A stretch of DNA of 64,000 nucleotides from Setoptus koraiensis (taxonomy: Eukaryota > Animalia > Arthropoda). This document shows positions 12,253 through 23,431 of this stretch, one piece after another (position 1 is the first letter of the stretch; every line of letters starts with the position of its first letter). The notes under the pieces are model-generated. The model made no database searches. It had not been told where the DNA came from and worked only from the letters and a program-made list of their open reading frames with translations. A program made the translations under genes and the position numbers. Where the stretch lies: contig CM106585.1 in assembly GCA_048013815.1 (NCBI GenBank), positions 11,098,001-11,162,000 on the forward strand, written 5' to 3'.

Positions 12253-12810
12253 TCATGTTTTTTTTCCCGGTGTTGGTAAATTCTGCTGTGAGGAGGTTTT
12301 TGTATTGCTGATACCCGAAAATGAGCCCGATCTGGCGGGTGACATCACAGGCCCAAAAGCTTCATCGTCATCTTCGACAGGGCCGGCTGGTGCTACATTC
12401 TTACCGGCTGCTAGTGGTTGGTTCTGTCGCGGAGCAGCTTTGGGTTGAACGGGTTTATTGGTGGTGGCCACTGGCTTGGGATGGATCGCGCTTGCTTCGG
12501 GTCCAGTTTTAGAAACTCTATTTGGACGCAAATTGAATTGTTTTGCTGCCATTTCCATACCTAGAACCAACGATAGTACTGGTGGCAAGTCTTTTTTAGT
12601 CAGTTCTCTCGAGGTTACTGATGTTATTGGCTGAGAGGGCCTCTCGAAAATTTTCAGTCTTGAAATTGGCTGAGCAAATTTAACGTTTCTTTTTGCGCCT
12701 CCCGGTGCTTTCTTAATACTGGATCTGGCTTTGGGAGATTGGGCTTGTTTCTGTGGCGGCGGTGAGGGCGGTGAAGAGGTTGACCTAACCGCCTTCTGCT
12801 TCCTCTCCAT
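12253..12810 (-). CDS. Small basic Pro-rich disordered protein with a PP1-docking RVxF motif (~185 aa)
   Basis: ATG at 12810 (MERKQKAV). Contains SSIKK...KRNVKFAQPISRLKIF; RNVKF lies at 12676..12690. Confidence 0.65.
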   Translation of the reverse strand: MERKQKAVRSTSSPPSPPPQKQAQSPKARSSIKKAPGGAKRNVKFAQPISRLKIFERPSQPITSVTSRELTKKDLPPVLSLVLGMEMAAKQFNLRPNRVSKTGPEASAIHPKPVATTNKPVQPKAAPRQNQPLAAGKNVAPAGPVEDDDEAFGPVMSPARSGSFSGISNTKTSSQQNLPTPGKKT

Positions 12811-13217
12811 CACGGTAGTTGTTGGTGGAAAACAAAAGCTCGTAATCAGTCGGACGAAGAACAAATTCGTCTAGCTGTCTTCGACTAGACAATCAAATTG
12901 GCTAACTAAGCTAGCAGGCATGCCAGTTGATATTATTTGTCCAATCTGACGATGGCATAATTGATTATCTAGTTGCTAATGAAAGGCTCATGAGAAAGTC
13001 GATGATTGCGTCAAAGCGCGATCACGCGCTTCAAACATTATATACTGGCATGTTGTTTTGAAGCAATACATAGTATATCAACGGACCATAACTATCTTAT
13101 AATGATCTGAATTTTTATCGCAGTTAATTAATAGCAACAAACCAATCCAAAAATGATTCTCGAATCTTATTTTCGGAAAACTTGACTTGAAAGAACCGAC
13201 ACAAAAAAGGCCTCATT

Positions 13218-14714
13218 ATGTCAGAGGTAATAGCACAGTCGCTTTGCGAAGACAGCTTTGATATAGTTTACACCGTATTATTCATCCCTATATGGACATT
13301 CATATTTGGTTTGTTCGCCATTATATTTGCGCATTATCTAAAAAATAAACTAATATACGTCTATTATGACAATTGTACTAAACGAAACGCACATTTCAAG
13401 TATTACATAGAAATAATGGTTGGCCCACATACTAGAAACTACCCGCCAAAGGAAACATCTATCATAGTTGATTTTTTTGATAAAAACATGTCCTCTATTA
13501 TGACAGTACAATTATTTGGCAAGACAATATTCAGAAAGGAGCAAAATTTTCTCTCTTGCTCCAACCCGAGAGAGAACTTATATTTATCTACATTTGTATT
13601 TTATAGAAAATCACCCTTGAGAGACATCAAATGTTTGAGAATATTTCACACTTGTGCCAAACCGAACTCCGGAATATTTGTCTATGGCGTGGAATTATTC
13701 GACGCTACTAATAACGAGCGACATTTCTTTCCCATCGTTGGACCAGTGAGACATCGGGCCATTCGATGGGCACAAACTAATAATCTTGAAAAGAACGAGT
13801 CGAATTTTAGAAAATTAGGATGCGACTCTTACGATTTACTTGACACAACTCCCTACCTAAACTACTTAGATTTATTGTTCTTGGCCTATCTTCTATATGG
13901 TATTACATTCATGTTATGCCTATATATCGATATCGGTAGCATAAAATATTTGATCGCACATATTGTCTTGATAGCAATTACAAGCCTGACAATTATTGTC
14001 ATCATAGCCTACCTGTACTGGAGGTTTATCAAGTCACAAGTGGAAAATAGAAGTAACCGAACATATCAATGGATGGCTGGTCGTTTACTCGTCCTGGCTT
14101 GTATAGGAGCTGCTGCGTCTGCTTCCTGGCTACTAGTGTATAATAAACTAAACAAATTATGCCTGTCAGAAGTATATCTATTTCTAAGGACACCACTATG
14201 GTGCTCATTTATTGTTACAGTTATACTGGCTATTCTATATTACCTTTTTTGGCGAAGAAAAATCAGCTCAGATCGGAGAATTTGCGAAATGTTGGAGGCT
14301 GAAAATTTGGAACAATTCCTAGCAAAGTCGAAAGATAAAAAACCTAACGTTGATAACATCAACAGGCCAGTTCAACCTGAATCGACTAGTCCCATTAAAT
14401 TCGATAACTACAAACAAGGGGCAACCAAGCAGCAGGTGATCACTGACACTAGTAAGATGGTTGAAATACTGAAAAACGTTGTGGCAACAGACTTCAGATC
14501 ACCTAAACCATCTAACCAACCGTTGGCCATTCAAATGCCCGATGTTGGCAAGAGGACAACAAAATCAAATAAGACAAAACTTACAGTAACTGTGACCAAT
14601 AACAAAAGAGAAAGAGAGGACGTCTTCAACGAGACAATGGAGCATGACCATGGTAGCGGATCAGAGACCTACATGAAGACGAGAAATGCCAATTCAATAT
14701 CGCAATATGTATAA
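13218..14714 (+). CDS. Polycystin-1-like membrane protein: TM1 + PLAT/LH2 domain + 4 TMs (498 aa)
   Basis: TM1 is followed by YYDN..NAHFKYYIEIMVG (PKD1-family DN..F.Y.I...TG pattern), LRDIKCLRIFH and VELFD..RHFFP, typical of PLAT beta strands. Four further hydrophobic segments precede a hydrophilic tail. Confidence 0.7.
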   Translation: MSEVIAQSLCEDSFDIVYTVLFIPIWTFIFGLFAIIFAHYLKNKLIYVYYDNCTKRNAHFKYYIEIMVGPHTRNYPPKETSIIVDFFDKNMSSIMTVQLFGKTIFRKEQNFLSCSNPRENLYLSTFVFYRKSPLRDIKCLRIFHTCAKPNSGIFVYGVELFDATNNERHFFPIVGPVRHRAIRWAQTNNLEKNESNFRKLGCDSYDLLDTTPYLNYLDLLFLAYLLYGITFMLCLYIDIGSIKYLIAHIVLIAITSLTIIVIIAYLYWRFIKSQVENRSNRTYQWMAGRLLVLACIGAAASASWLLVYNKLNKLCLSEVYLFLRTPLWCSFIVTVILAILYYLFWRRKISSDRRICEMLEAENLEQFLAKSKDKKPNVDNINRPVQPESTSPIKFDNYKQGATKQQVITDTSKMVEILKNVVATDFRSPKPSNQPLAIQMPDVGKRTTKSNKTKLTVTVTNNKREREDVFNETMEHDHGSGSETYMKTRNANSISQYV

Positions 14715-15031
14715 TGAATGTAAAGAGTGAAGTAAAGCAGAAAAGATATCAAACCGAAAATTTCTTGTAATTAGCGAATTGCGCAGGAATTGCCTCATGC
14801 ACGATGACTTATATCTTTGTTCTTTAAGGTCAAGTTTAACATTGACCAGGCTAATCGGCCCTCACTGCTGGCTGAAATGCACACGAATTCCCTGAATCAT
14901 CAATCCGATTAGTGATCTGACTAGTGATCTGCTCAGTGAAAAACGGGTCAGTCATTAAATTACGTATTGTTTTTGGTACTGAATGCGTTTGTCGAATTCA
15001 AAAAGACTACAGGTTTGCGAGACTGAAAAAC

Positions 15032-15288
15032 ATGGGTCGGAAATTTAAAAGAATTCACAAGAATGTTGTGAGCCGTTATGCTGATTTGATTTTCGACCGA
15101 TTGCTAGATAGCTAGTCCGTCGGTTGGTTCGTCAGTTTTTTGTTAGTTGCAACATCAGCAGGACATATTTGGCGAGACAGACAGTAGAGAGGAAGTCGAG
15201 ACAGGGACGGCCTGAAAAATTGTGGAGTTTCGAACATTTGAGAAAATCCTCTTCACGATCATCCATTAGTAACCTCATCTACCCTGTA
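15032..15288 (+). mobile_element. Decayed Tc1/mariner transposase N-terminal fragment
   Basis: MGRKFK... followed after a stop and frameshift by CNISRTYLARQTVERKSRQGRPEKL, similar to the Tc1 HTH and GRPRKL linker. ACCCTGTA at 15281-15288 resembles a mariner TIR end plus TA. No convincing left TIR. Confidence 0.35.
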
Positions 15289-15627
15289 CAATTTATAAAA
15301 AACTATCCAAAAACTTACTAGAATTAAGTTTGAATCGGTGTGCACCTTTACCAACTGTATGCCACATACTGCTATCTTAAAGTGAATGTAATTCGAGATG
15401 TTTGCGGCTAGCTGATTCACGCCAGCCATGATAATTGGCCGCAAGCTAGACGTTTACTGTCTCACCAATTCATTTAAGTGTCTCTATCTCGGTCGAAAAA
15501 CACCAATACGACATAACATGCATCTGAATTATCCACTCAATTTTGTGTGGAGTTGTGAGATGTTGAAAAACATTTACAGAGACAGTTAAGGTACTAAACC
15601 AATGGTCAATATCGCAACAAACTAATC

Positions 15628-17343
15628 ATGCTTATTTTCAATGTATTTCCTATTGTATCTCGCTGTTGCTTCAGTGAAATTTTAGTTTGGGCGATATTGA
15701 TGCTTGTAGCATCAGGTGAATTCGTTAATAGAGTCGATGGTAAGCCAGCAACATATAAAGGGCGACGAAATGAGCGACTGGACTATACTAGCCCCGATCA
15801 AAATTGGTTAGAGGGACAGATAATGGGCGAGGAAATTCAACACTATGAAAAATTGTTTCAGAAAAGAACAACTCACATCCCAGATGAGGGTGAATCTGTC
15901 TCTGAATCAGGGCTTCACACACTAGAGGGCTCCGGTGCACCAAAACTGGGCGAAGAACATGTTGAATCGGAAACGGCAGATTCACCCAAATCTCGGTTTA
16001 TTCCAATGGATGGAATTGGAATTTATCAAGATATACAGAATGCAAAAAATAATGGAAAAGAGGCGTACAATGATGATTCTTCAATGAATTCATGGGATGA
16101 TGGTCCACAACCAGGACCATTTACTCCGTACAGTGAACCAGAACTGGGAGACGAACATGTTGAATCGGAAACGGCAGATTCACTCAAGTCGCGGTTTATT
16201 CCAATGGGGCCAATTATGAGCGCAGCAAGATGGGTGGGATCTGCGATTGGTATGGGCGTAAAAGCTGCTCCAAGCGTCGTCAAAGCCATTCCAAAAGTCG
16301 TGACTGTCAAAAACGTGGGAAAAGCTGCAGATATAGCTTTGGATGGAGTTGACGTTTATCAAAAAATACAGGATGCAAGAAATGCGTACGCTGATGTTGC
16401 ACGACCACCTGCCCTACCGTCAGAACTTTATCCTACCGGGCTACCCCGAAGTGTATGGGATTATGATGACACAACAATTACCCTTGAGCCCGGGCCAGAA
16501 GTCCCTGGACCAGAATTCCCCGGACCAGAGGTCCCCGGACCAGAGGTCCCTGGACCAGAATTCCCCGGACCAGAGGTCCCCGGACCAGAAGTCCCTGGAC
16601 CAGAAGAACCTGGACCGAACCCTCCCGATATAGATGAACCCGAACCAGATGACCCTAAACCTGATCCCCCCGAAGGAGAAATAGAAATTATACCCGAACC
16701 GGATGGCACCCCGCCACCGCCTACAGGTCAACCTTCAGTATACCCTCCGCCTATATACATGCCCCCTCAACCACCTGTCTATAACCCGCCCCAACCGCCC
16801 GTATACAACCCGCCCCAACCGCCCGTATTCAACCCGCCCCAACCGCCCGTATACAATCCGCCCCAACCGCCCGTATACAACCCGCCCCAACCGCCCGTAT
16901 TCAACCCGCCCGAATACAAACCACCCGAACCACCTGTTTATCACCCACCCAAGCCACCTAGGCCACCTAAGCCACCTGTTTATCACCCACCCAACCCACC
17001 CAAGCCACCTAAGCCACCTGTATACAACCCACCAGTGTACCATCCACCAGTGTACCTGCCACCGGAAGCGCCTAAACCACCTATATACATCCCACCGGTA
17101 TACCACCCACCCGTCTATCCCGCACCTGTTTACATCACACATAAACCAGATAAACCGACTCAACCAAATGTACCACCAAAAGAAGATGATTTCGACGAAT
17201 GCAGGCCGTTAACTGGTCTAGCAATTTCAAGAGTTAAAGCTAAAATTTGTAGAATAAAAAGGCTGAAATGGAAGTTGATGCATCAGGGGGTGTTGCGATC
17301 AGCGTATTCCACGGACGAAAACGGACGATGTAAAGCTCCTTGA
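15628..17343 (+). CDS. Secreted proline-rich repeat (extensin/PRP-like) protein, 571 aa
   Basis: Intronless ORF with an N-terminal hydrophobic signal. Contains (PGPE[V/F])x8, (PPQPPV[Y/F]N)x6, 15 PP[VI][YF] motifs and a basic C-terminal tail with 3 Cys. Confidence 0.85.
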   Translation: MLIFNVFPIVSRCCFSEILVWAILMLVASGEFVNRVDGKPATYKGRRNERLDYTSPDQNWLEGQIMGEEIQHYEKLFQKRTTHIPDEGESVSESGLHTLEGSGAPKLGEEHVESETADSPKSRFIPMDGIGIYQDIQNAKNNGKEAYNDDSSMNSWDDGPQPGPFTPYSEPELGDEHVESETADSLKSRFIPMGPIMSAARWVGSAIGMGVKAAPSVVKAIPKVVTVKNVGKAADIALDGVDVYQKIQDARNAYADVARPPALPSELYPTGLPRSVWDYDDTTITLEPGPEVPGPEFPGPEVPGPEVPGPEFPGPEVPGPEVPGPEEPGPNPPDIDEPEPDDPKPDPPEGEIEIIPEPDGTPPPPTGQPSVYPPPIYMPPQPPVYNPPQPPVYNPPQPPVFNPPQPPVYNPPQPPVYNPPQPPVFNPPEYKPPEPPVYHPPKPPRPPKPPVYHPPNPPKPPKPPVYNPPVYHPPVYLPPEAPKPPIYIPPVYHPPVYPAPVYITHKPDKPTQPNVPPKEDDFDECRPLTGLAISRVKAKICRIKRLKWKLMHQGVLRSAYSTDENGRCKAP

Positions 17344-18611
17344 ATAGAGTACCAATTATCTATTGCTATCAGCAACGCAGCGCATATTCCATAAATTGTG
17401 AAAGGACCAATGAGGGGATGCAAAACCATTGGGCCACGTATCAGCAAAATAATGAACGCTGGATGCATTCGATCAATAAATTGCCTGTAAAATGTGAAAA
17501 GGCGTCGAAAAGCTATATATTACAGGATTATTATCAGGCAAATATTATCAGCTAAATACACTAACTAATGAATATCACCAGCAGAAACAGTAACCACTAT
17601 AACGCAACCACTTCTCATTTTGACATCAGGTTCAGAGAGATCAGAAGTCATTATGCATACATTTTTTGCTCTGTTTTATTCCAATCGGAGTGCTACATAT
17701 TATATCCGAAAACACAGTAAACCGCCGAGTAACTCTTTTACGCCGAACATGTCAACTTTACTGAGTGAGCCCGACCTAGTCACTCAACCATGATCGCAAC
17801 AAATGAGTAATGAAACCTGACGAATTTCTTATTCTTATTTCTTATGTGTATCATCCTGCTAGTATTTTCATTCTAGCGCAGCACTGTTTTGAATTTTTTC
17901 CCCTAAAGAAGTATCCAGTTGTCGGCGTTTACTCATGGATTGACTTTCAATAATCATGAAATGTGCAGAGGCAAGTAGTTTATTGGACAGAAAAAAAAAA
18001 CGTTTTCGACCCACTCTTTCTTGATTCCGAGCAACTTTCCACATGAGGCACTCTGATTTCTGGACTAAGGATGTCTAACGAAAAATCTATAGGTAAAGAG
18101 ATGTTTCTTTCTGGTGGCGTTCAACAACAATAGAAGCGTTACTAAGCTACCGAGTTCACATCTTTATGCCACTCGAACCAGATTGCCTATCGATATCGAG
18201 CCTTATGAAATTTTTAGAGTCAAAAGCATGAATTCTGAAAATGAAGTTTTACTTTTCAAGAACAGAAGCAAAATCATCCTGAGAATCTGACCATTTTAAT
18301 TTATTTATTTTTTGCAAAAACGTTTTAGTCCATACAGTTTATGACTGGATTTTTTTTAAACAAGAAGAAATATTCTCAGGAACAGACACAAATATCGCCC
18401 GATCCGGTCGGGTTGTCAATAGTATTATCTTTTAGCCGTAAAAGTAATTTCGAACTTCCTGCATTGATTGTATCGCATATAGGATTCTTTTGATTCTGTT
18501 CATCAATTCAAGTCTATTTCGCTTACATGTATTTGCAAACAGTAGAGCAGTGGATCACTAAAACACTAACTCGGTCAAGTTAGATAGAGCTTCTCAATAA
18601 TTGGTTATTTG

Positions 18612-20333
18612 TCAGAGTCGCGTGAAATCTTCGAAGGAGCTATGATTATTAACTGTAAATTTTTGTAACAACTTGGAAAATAAATTCTGTCTCTTATTGT
18701 GATAAGTGAAGCTGATATTGCTGCTGTTCACTGAATTGATTGAATTCTTCATCTCTGATGATATGGCTATCTTTCCACTACCATCTTTAAATTGGATACG
18801 TTTCTTATTTCCTGTATTTGCAATGTTTATAGTGGAATGATTGAAGTGGAAATGTTAGAAGAGGAGTAATGAGTTATCGTAGGCGGTTGTTGTTCTCTCT
18901 AGCTAGAATTGCAATCAGTTAGTTAAATGGATTGTGTATTAGTTTACAGAATGAAGCGGTTAAAAAGATGTAACGAAGTGTAAAACGAGCTTCCGCTCAA
19001 ACGAGTCAGTGATTTCAACCAAACAAAGAATGCTTTGACAGAGATCAAGAAAATCAAAAGTAAAAAGCCAAGAAAATGACTGTTTCTACTTACTCAAGTG
19101 CCGCACTGCCTGATATTTGAGTATGAGCTGATTTCGGAGGCCTGCCACGAGCAGGTCGGTATTGTAAGCTATCGAACAGCTTATTTCCATGTATTTACAA
19201 TTGTTTGATTTGGCAAGTAGTTGTCCCTCTGATTTTGTTCCCGATTTGCAGTTTATTTAGGTTTGTTTAGGACGGTGGCCACGTAACCGAAAAGTTCACA
19301 GATTAACGGGAGTGTTCAATTGAATTATTGATTTACAAATTGCAAATCCGTATATTACAATGCGTTGTATAGCGAATACAATTTGGACAAAATTGATTAA
19401 AAGCTCAATTGAGGCCTCTAGCAACGCGAAAACGTTGATTACATACCTTCGCTAGAGATTACCTTGCAACGTTGCAAGTCCACCTTGTTGGCAACTATAA
19501 TTATTGGCAATGGTATCTTATCTTTAATCAGTCTAAGTTTATGCACAAGAAAAGTGGCATACTCGAAGGATTCTCTGGATGTGTGGCAGTGTTCACAATA
19601 TGTTTAGGTTGTTTATTTGTGTATAAGTGAATTGGGTACGGAGACGGGATGGGTGAGAGAATAGAGAATACGTGATATCAGCACAACCAGTTTTACAGAT
19701 TAATAGTAACTTTATTCTTGCTGCAATGATGTAATAATAAGTTGTTTATCTTGTAGCAACTTGATTCAAGATTCGCTCCATTCTCACTATACGAAGGAAT
19801 CATATTGACCGATGAGAAGCGGCACACGTGCCTGGGCTCAGTCGCCACGTTGCTTGCAGCAATTGACGCGGCGAACGGATAGCCTCTAGATAATCGCTTT
19901 GGGCTAAGTTTATTCGGGTTTAACTATTGACCAATCGCATGTTTATGTGTGTCTGTGTGAGAGGCGTCGAGGTGTGCCGAAATATAACATTAAGCTCGGC
20001 ACGCATACACAACAGATGATCTGGTGTGGATAGACACAAGAAGCGGGCTAGACACGAAGCGATAAATAGCTCGACTATCAGAAATTGGTTCAAGCATCAC
20101 GAAAAGATATAATTAAACCGGCCGTTGGTTTGTGAGGCAGCGATACATAACTGTTAGAACAACACCAACAAAAACGCTCTATGTTACACTATAAACAATT
20201 AGAAAGAAAGAAAGAAAAGAGAATTGGGCCCAGTGGAGCGTGCTGGGCCAAGGTTCGGGCCCCAAGCAATGATAGCAATTAGAGCCGAGGGACAGAGAGA
20301 TTATTTCGTCTCTGGTGCAATACTGTTGGCACG

Positions 20334-20369
<36 letters not shown>

Positions 20370-21603
20370 GACCGACAACGTGTTAGCATAGATTATCTCA
20401 TTCACATTGACGCAATAAAAAAGAAACATCCAACTACCTGACGCTTCATTGGCGACGATGCAAGACCCAGAAGGCGAATAACAGCTGCTCAGACTCATTG
20501 AATGCTGCTCAGTCATTCAAATGTTGGTTTCATGTAAATACACTTGTAAATCTGCCGTCCTTCATATATTACAGATTATTACTCGCGCTGCTACTGTTGA
20601 TTAGCCAGAAAACAAACAGCCTCTAAGCAACAGAATTCGACTAGCTGACCAATTCGAAACATATCCACTGTGCAACGTATCCACTGGCAATATTGATAAT
20701 CCGGCTCCCCTGAAACAACGCCGCATCTCGCCATTGCCGTGGGCCCAGCATCGATTAGCGGCACGACCTCGGCACAGCGAAAACAAAGAGCGAGAAGAAA
20801 AAACTTGCACATTATCTGCCCCCCTCTCTCTCTCTTGCCCATCCTCGCTATACGATATAAATATATCTCTGACTGGCTGAGTAAACAATTCGGCTGGCAC
20901 TGTTGTTGTCGTTACTCCAAGTCACGCTTGGTCAGTGCGTGGGATTTGGCCTGTTTTTGACGTGGCAGCTTGACGGGACCCTCATCTCATTTGGTGCGAA
21001 TTGATATTTGTTATTATCATCATTGGAGCGTTTTTTCTTCGGATCGGAGGCCAGCAAAGGGTCTGATTCATCACGATCTGCTGTGTTGTTGCAGCGCGCT
21101 GTTAGCCTCTTACTGATTGAGTCACACGCACACACACACACAAAAAAGGAAGCTGGACAACTGACCAGCAAAAATAATAACAAATCATCTAAATGCTAAT
21201 TGGTTTACCGTTGCGTCAAGTCAAACGTAAACATACGCTACGGGCCTACAGCGCGATATACGCGATATAAACGCGAACACCAAGATCTAATAACGGCCAT
21301 GAGAGCAAGGCCATCATGATTAGACATGATGGAGATCATCTGTACTCACCTGTCGTTGATAGAGTAAACAACTAGATAAGCATCGGGCATTGAACAACAC
21401 AATTGGTTTAGTTTGTTCCATTTTCTAATAGGTGCGGGCTGTTGTTGTTGGCTCGAAGACAAGATGAGAAAATCCTTGAAGCGTTCCAGTTGTTTCTTGC
21501 TGATGGTGCGCCGCTTCTTGAATTTTATCCTTATCACTTGGCCCTCTCTATTGGCCTCTCGTTGTTCGTTGCTGCTCGTTTGTTGCTGCTCTAACTGGTT
21601 GTT

Positions 21604-21639
<36 letters not shown>

Positions 21640-23009
21640 ATTGCTGTTGTTGCTGTTGTTTGTTTGTTCCGAGCCTCTATCTGATCTTCCATCTGGAGTC
21701 GCCATTGATGCACCTGTGCTACCAACTGCAGCTATATCTTCATCACAGTTAGTTGACGTTTTTGTTGTTGTTCTTGTTGTTGTTGTTCTTGTTGTTGTTG
21801 TTCGTGCTGACGTTGTCGGCACTGTTGTTGTTGCTGCTGCTGCCAGTGGTGGTGGTGAATGTTGTGCTGTTGATGCCGTGCCTCTATCGTCGCTCGATTC
21901 ATCTGGCCGAATGTATTCAACGCTGGCCCTGGGGCAATCAGTCCGCACTTCCGGCGTGCCCTCTCTGCCAGCGCCGTCTAGCCGACAATCTGGCGAGCCA
22001 ATGCGTTCCGTTGACGACTTCAAATATCTGGTGCCTGCCAGTTTACTAGTGTTAGTGTTGGCACTATTATTATTATTATTACTGTAATTGCTGTTGCCGC
22101 TGTCGTTGTTTCCCAGGGCAGAGCCTGGTGGCGGCGAAGATGCTCTATATGGCGAAGAGGAAGTATGACGGAACCTCTTTAACGGAGTCAATAATAACGA
22201 ATTTATTAGACCGCCACTATTGGTGCTGCTAGTCGAATCATTACAGCTGTAACGAGCCGCAGCCGGTGCTGTTGTTTTTATTGTCGATTTTGCTGTCGAT
22301 GACAATGAATCATTCTGTTGCTGCTGGTGCAATTTGTTTGGCGAGACAGGCAGATTGTGCGAGGAAAAATTCAGATTAGAATGCGAATGGGAACGTGAAT
22401 GAAGTCGGCCGGTAGAAGGCGACAAGCGCGAATTTGTCATTGCGATATTTTCGCAATGATGATGAAGATGATGATGATTATTATTGTTATTATGATGGGG
22501 CAACAACGAGGATGAGAACAGTCGCCTACTCAATTGTTGGCTTCTCTCTATGGTGCATCGCAGAAATTTACTCGTCGACCAAACACTGGCCGATTTGCAT
22601 GTCAAGCCGTGCCTTTGTGCATTTGTAGTTGTGGTGTGACCGTGAAAATTGTTGCTATTATTACTGAAAATATTACTGTTGTGATTGCTGTTGTTCGTCA
22701 TAAATGTTGTCGAATGTTGCGGGCTCATCATGGAGCAACGGCTAAATGAGGCCCTATTCAAATTAACGGCACAGCTTGCATTGAGCGAGGTACAATTTAT
22801 CAGTGCCCTGACAAGTCTGTCGTGCTCCAATTTCGCTTGCTCCAATTGAAACTCTTGCACTAGCTCGTGGAAACTCTTTATGAGCGTTCGTTTGCCACAA
22901 TTTTGCGACCCAATCACAGTACATTTGAACAATTTATCATACAATTCCACTTCTTCCTCCTCGCCAAGTTGTTTGTCGCTAGCATCAACTTTTCCACTAT
23001 TTCCACTGT
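18612..23009 (-). CDS. RGK-family (Rad/Rem/Gem/Kir) small GTPase, G-domain exons: complement(join(18612..18811,19094..19228,19447..19574,21350..23009))
   Basis: P-loop VIGSQNCGKR, then PDAYLVVYSINDR|ESFEYA, PIIIVANKVDLQRCKVIS (G4), EGQLLA..CKYMEISC (G5), NTDLLVAGLRNQL and a C-tail LFSKLLQKF..HSSFEDFTRL*. All junctions are GT-AG with matching phases (2, 1, 1). The three downstream exons are absent from the ORF track. Confidence 0.85.
20335..20364 (+). repeat. (CA)15 microsatellite in an RGK intron
   Basis: Perfect dinucleotide run, read directly. Confidence 0.95.
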
Positions 23010-23431
23010 CTATTAATGCCAATAATTTGTTGTCCAATGGCAAATGGTGTGTCAATCATTAAGTCATTAACGAGCGTGAATAAAGAGCAAATAGAGAGAA
23101 CGAGAGGGTTATGTGAGTAAAATATAAATGTGTTTAGTGATCGTGTCATTAGGTAAAGATAATGGTGGCAGCTATTTTCTAGAGTTCTCAGAATAAAACG
23201 GATTCGCGATGAAACTACAAATTACTACTCCGTAGTAGACCGAGTAAACAAAGCGAACGATAGCTAATGGTCGCTAATCTGTAACTGGGCCTGGATTGCT
23301 TTCTTTTTTGTGCAGCCAATAATGGGCCGCAAATGGTCATTTTCACGCGATAAAAATCGATAATGGATACGTCATGATTAGATGGAAACTTCTCTCCCAT
23401 CACAGTCGGCATATGTGCTGGCTTTGTCCAA

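Noticed and set aside
16343-17212. Alternative-frame and antisense ORFs with Gly/Ser or Trp/Arg repeats
   Set aside because: They are by-products of the 15- and 24-bp repeats in the proline-rich CDS.
21346-23055. TTG start at 23055 and stop at 21346 as given in the ORF track
   Set aside because: The 3' end is a splice donor (AG|gtgagt at 21349). The 5' end lacks an ATG and is better explained by the acceptor at 23010-23011.
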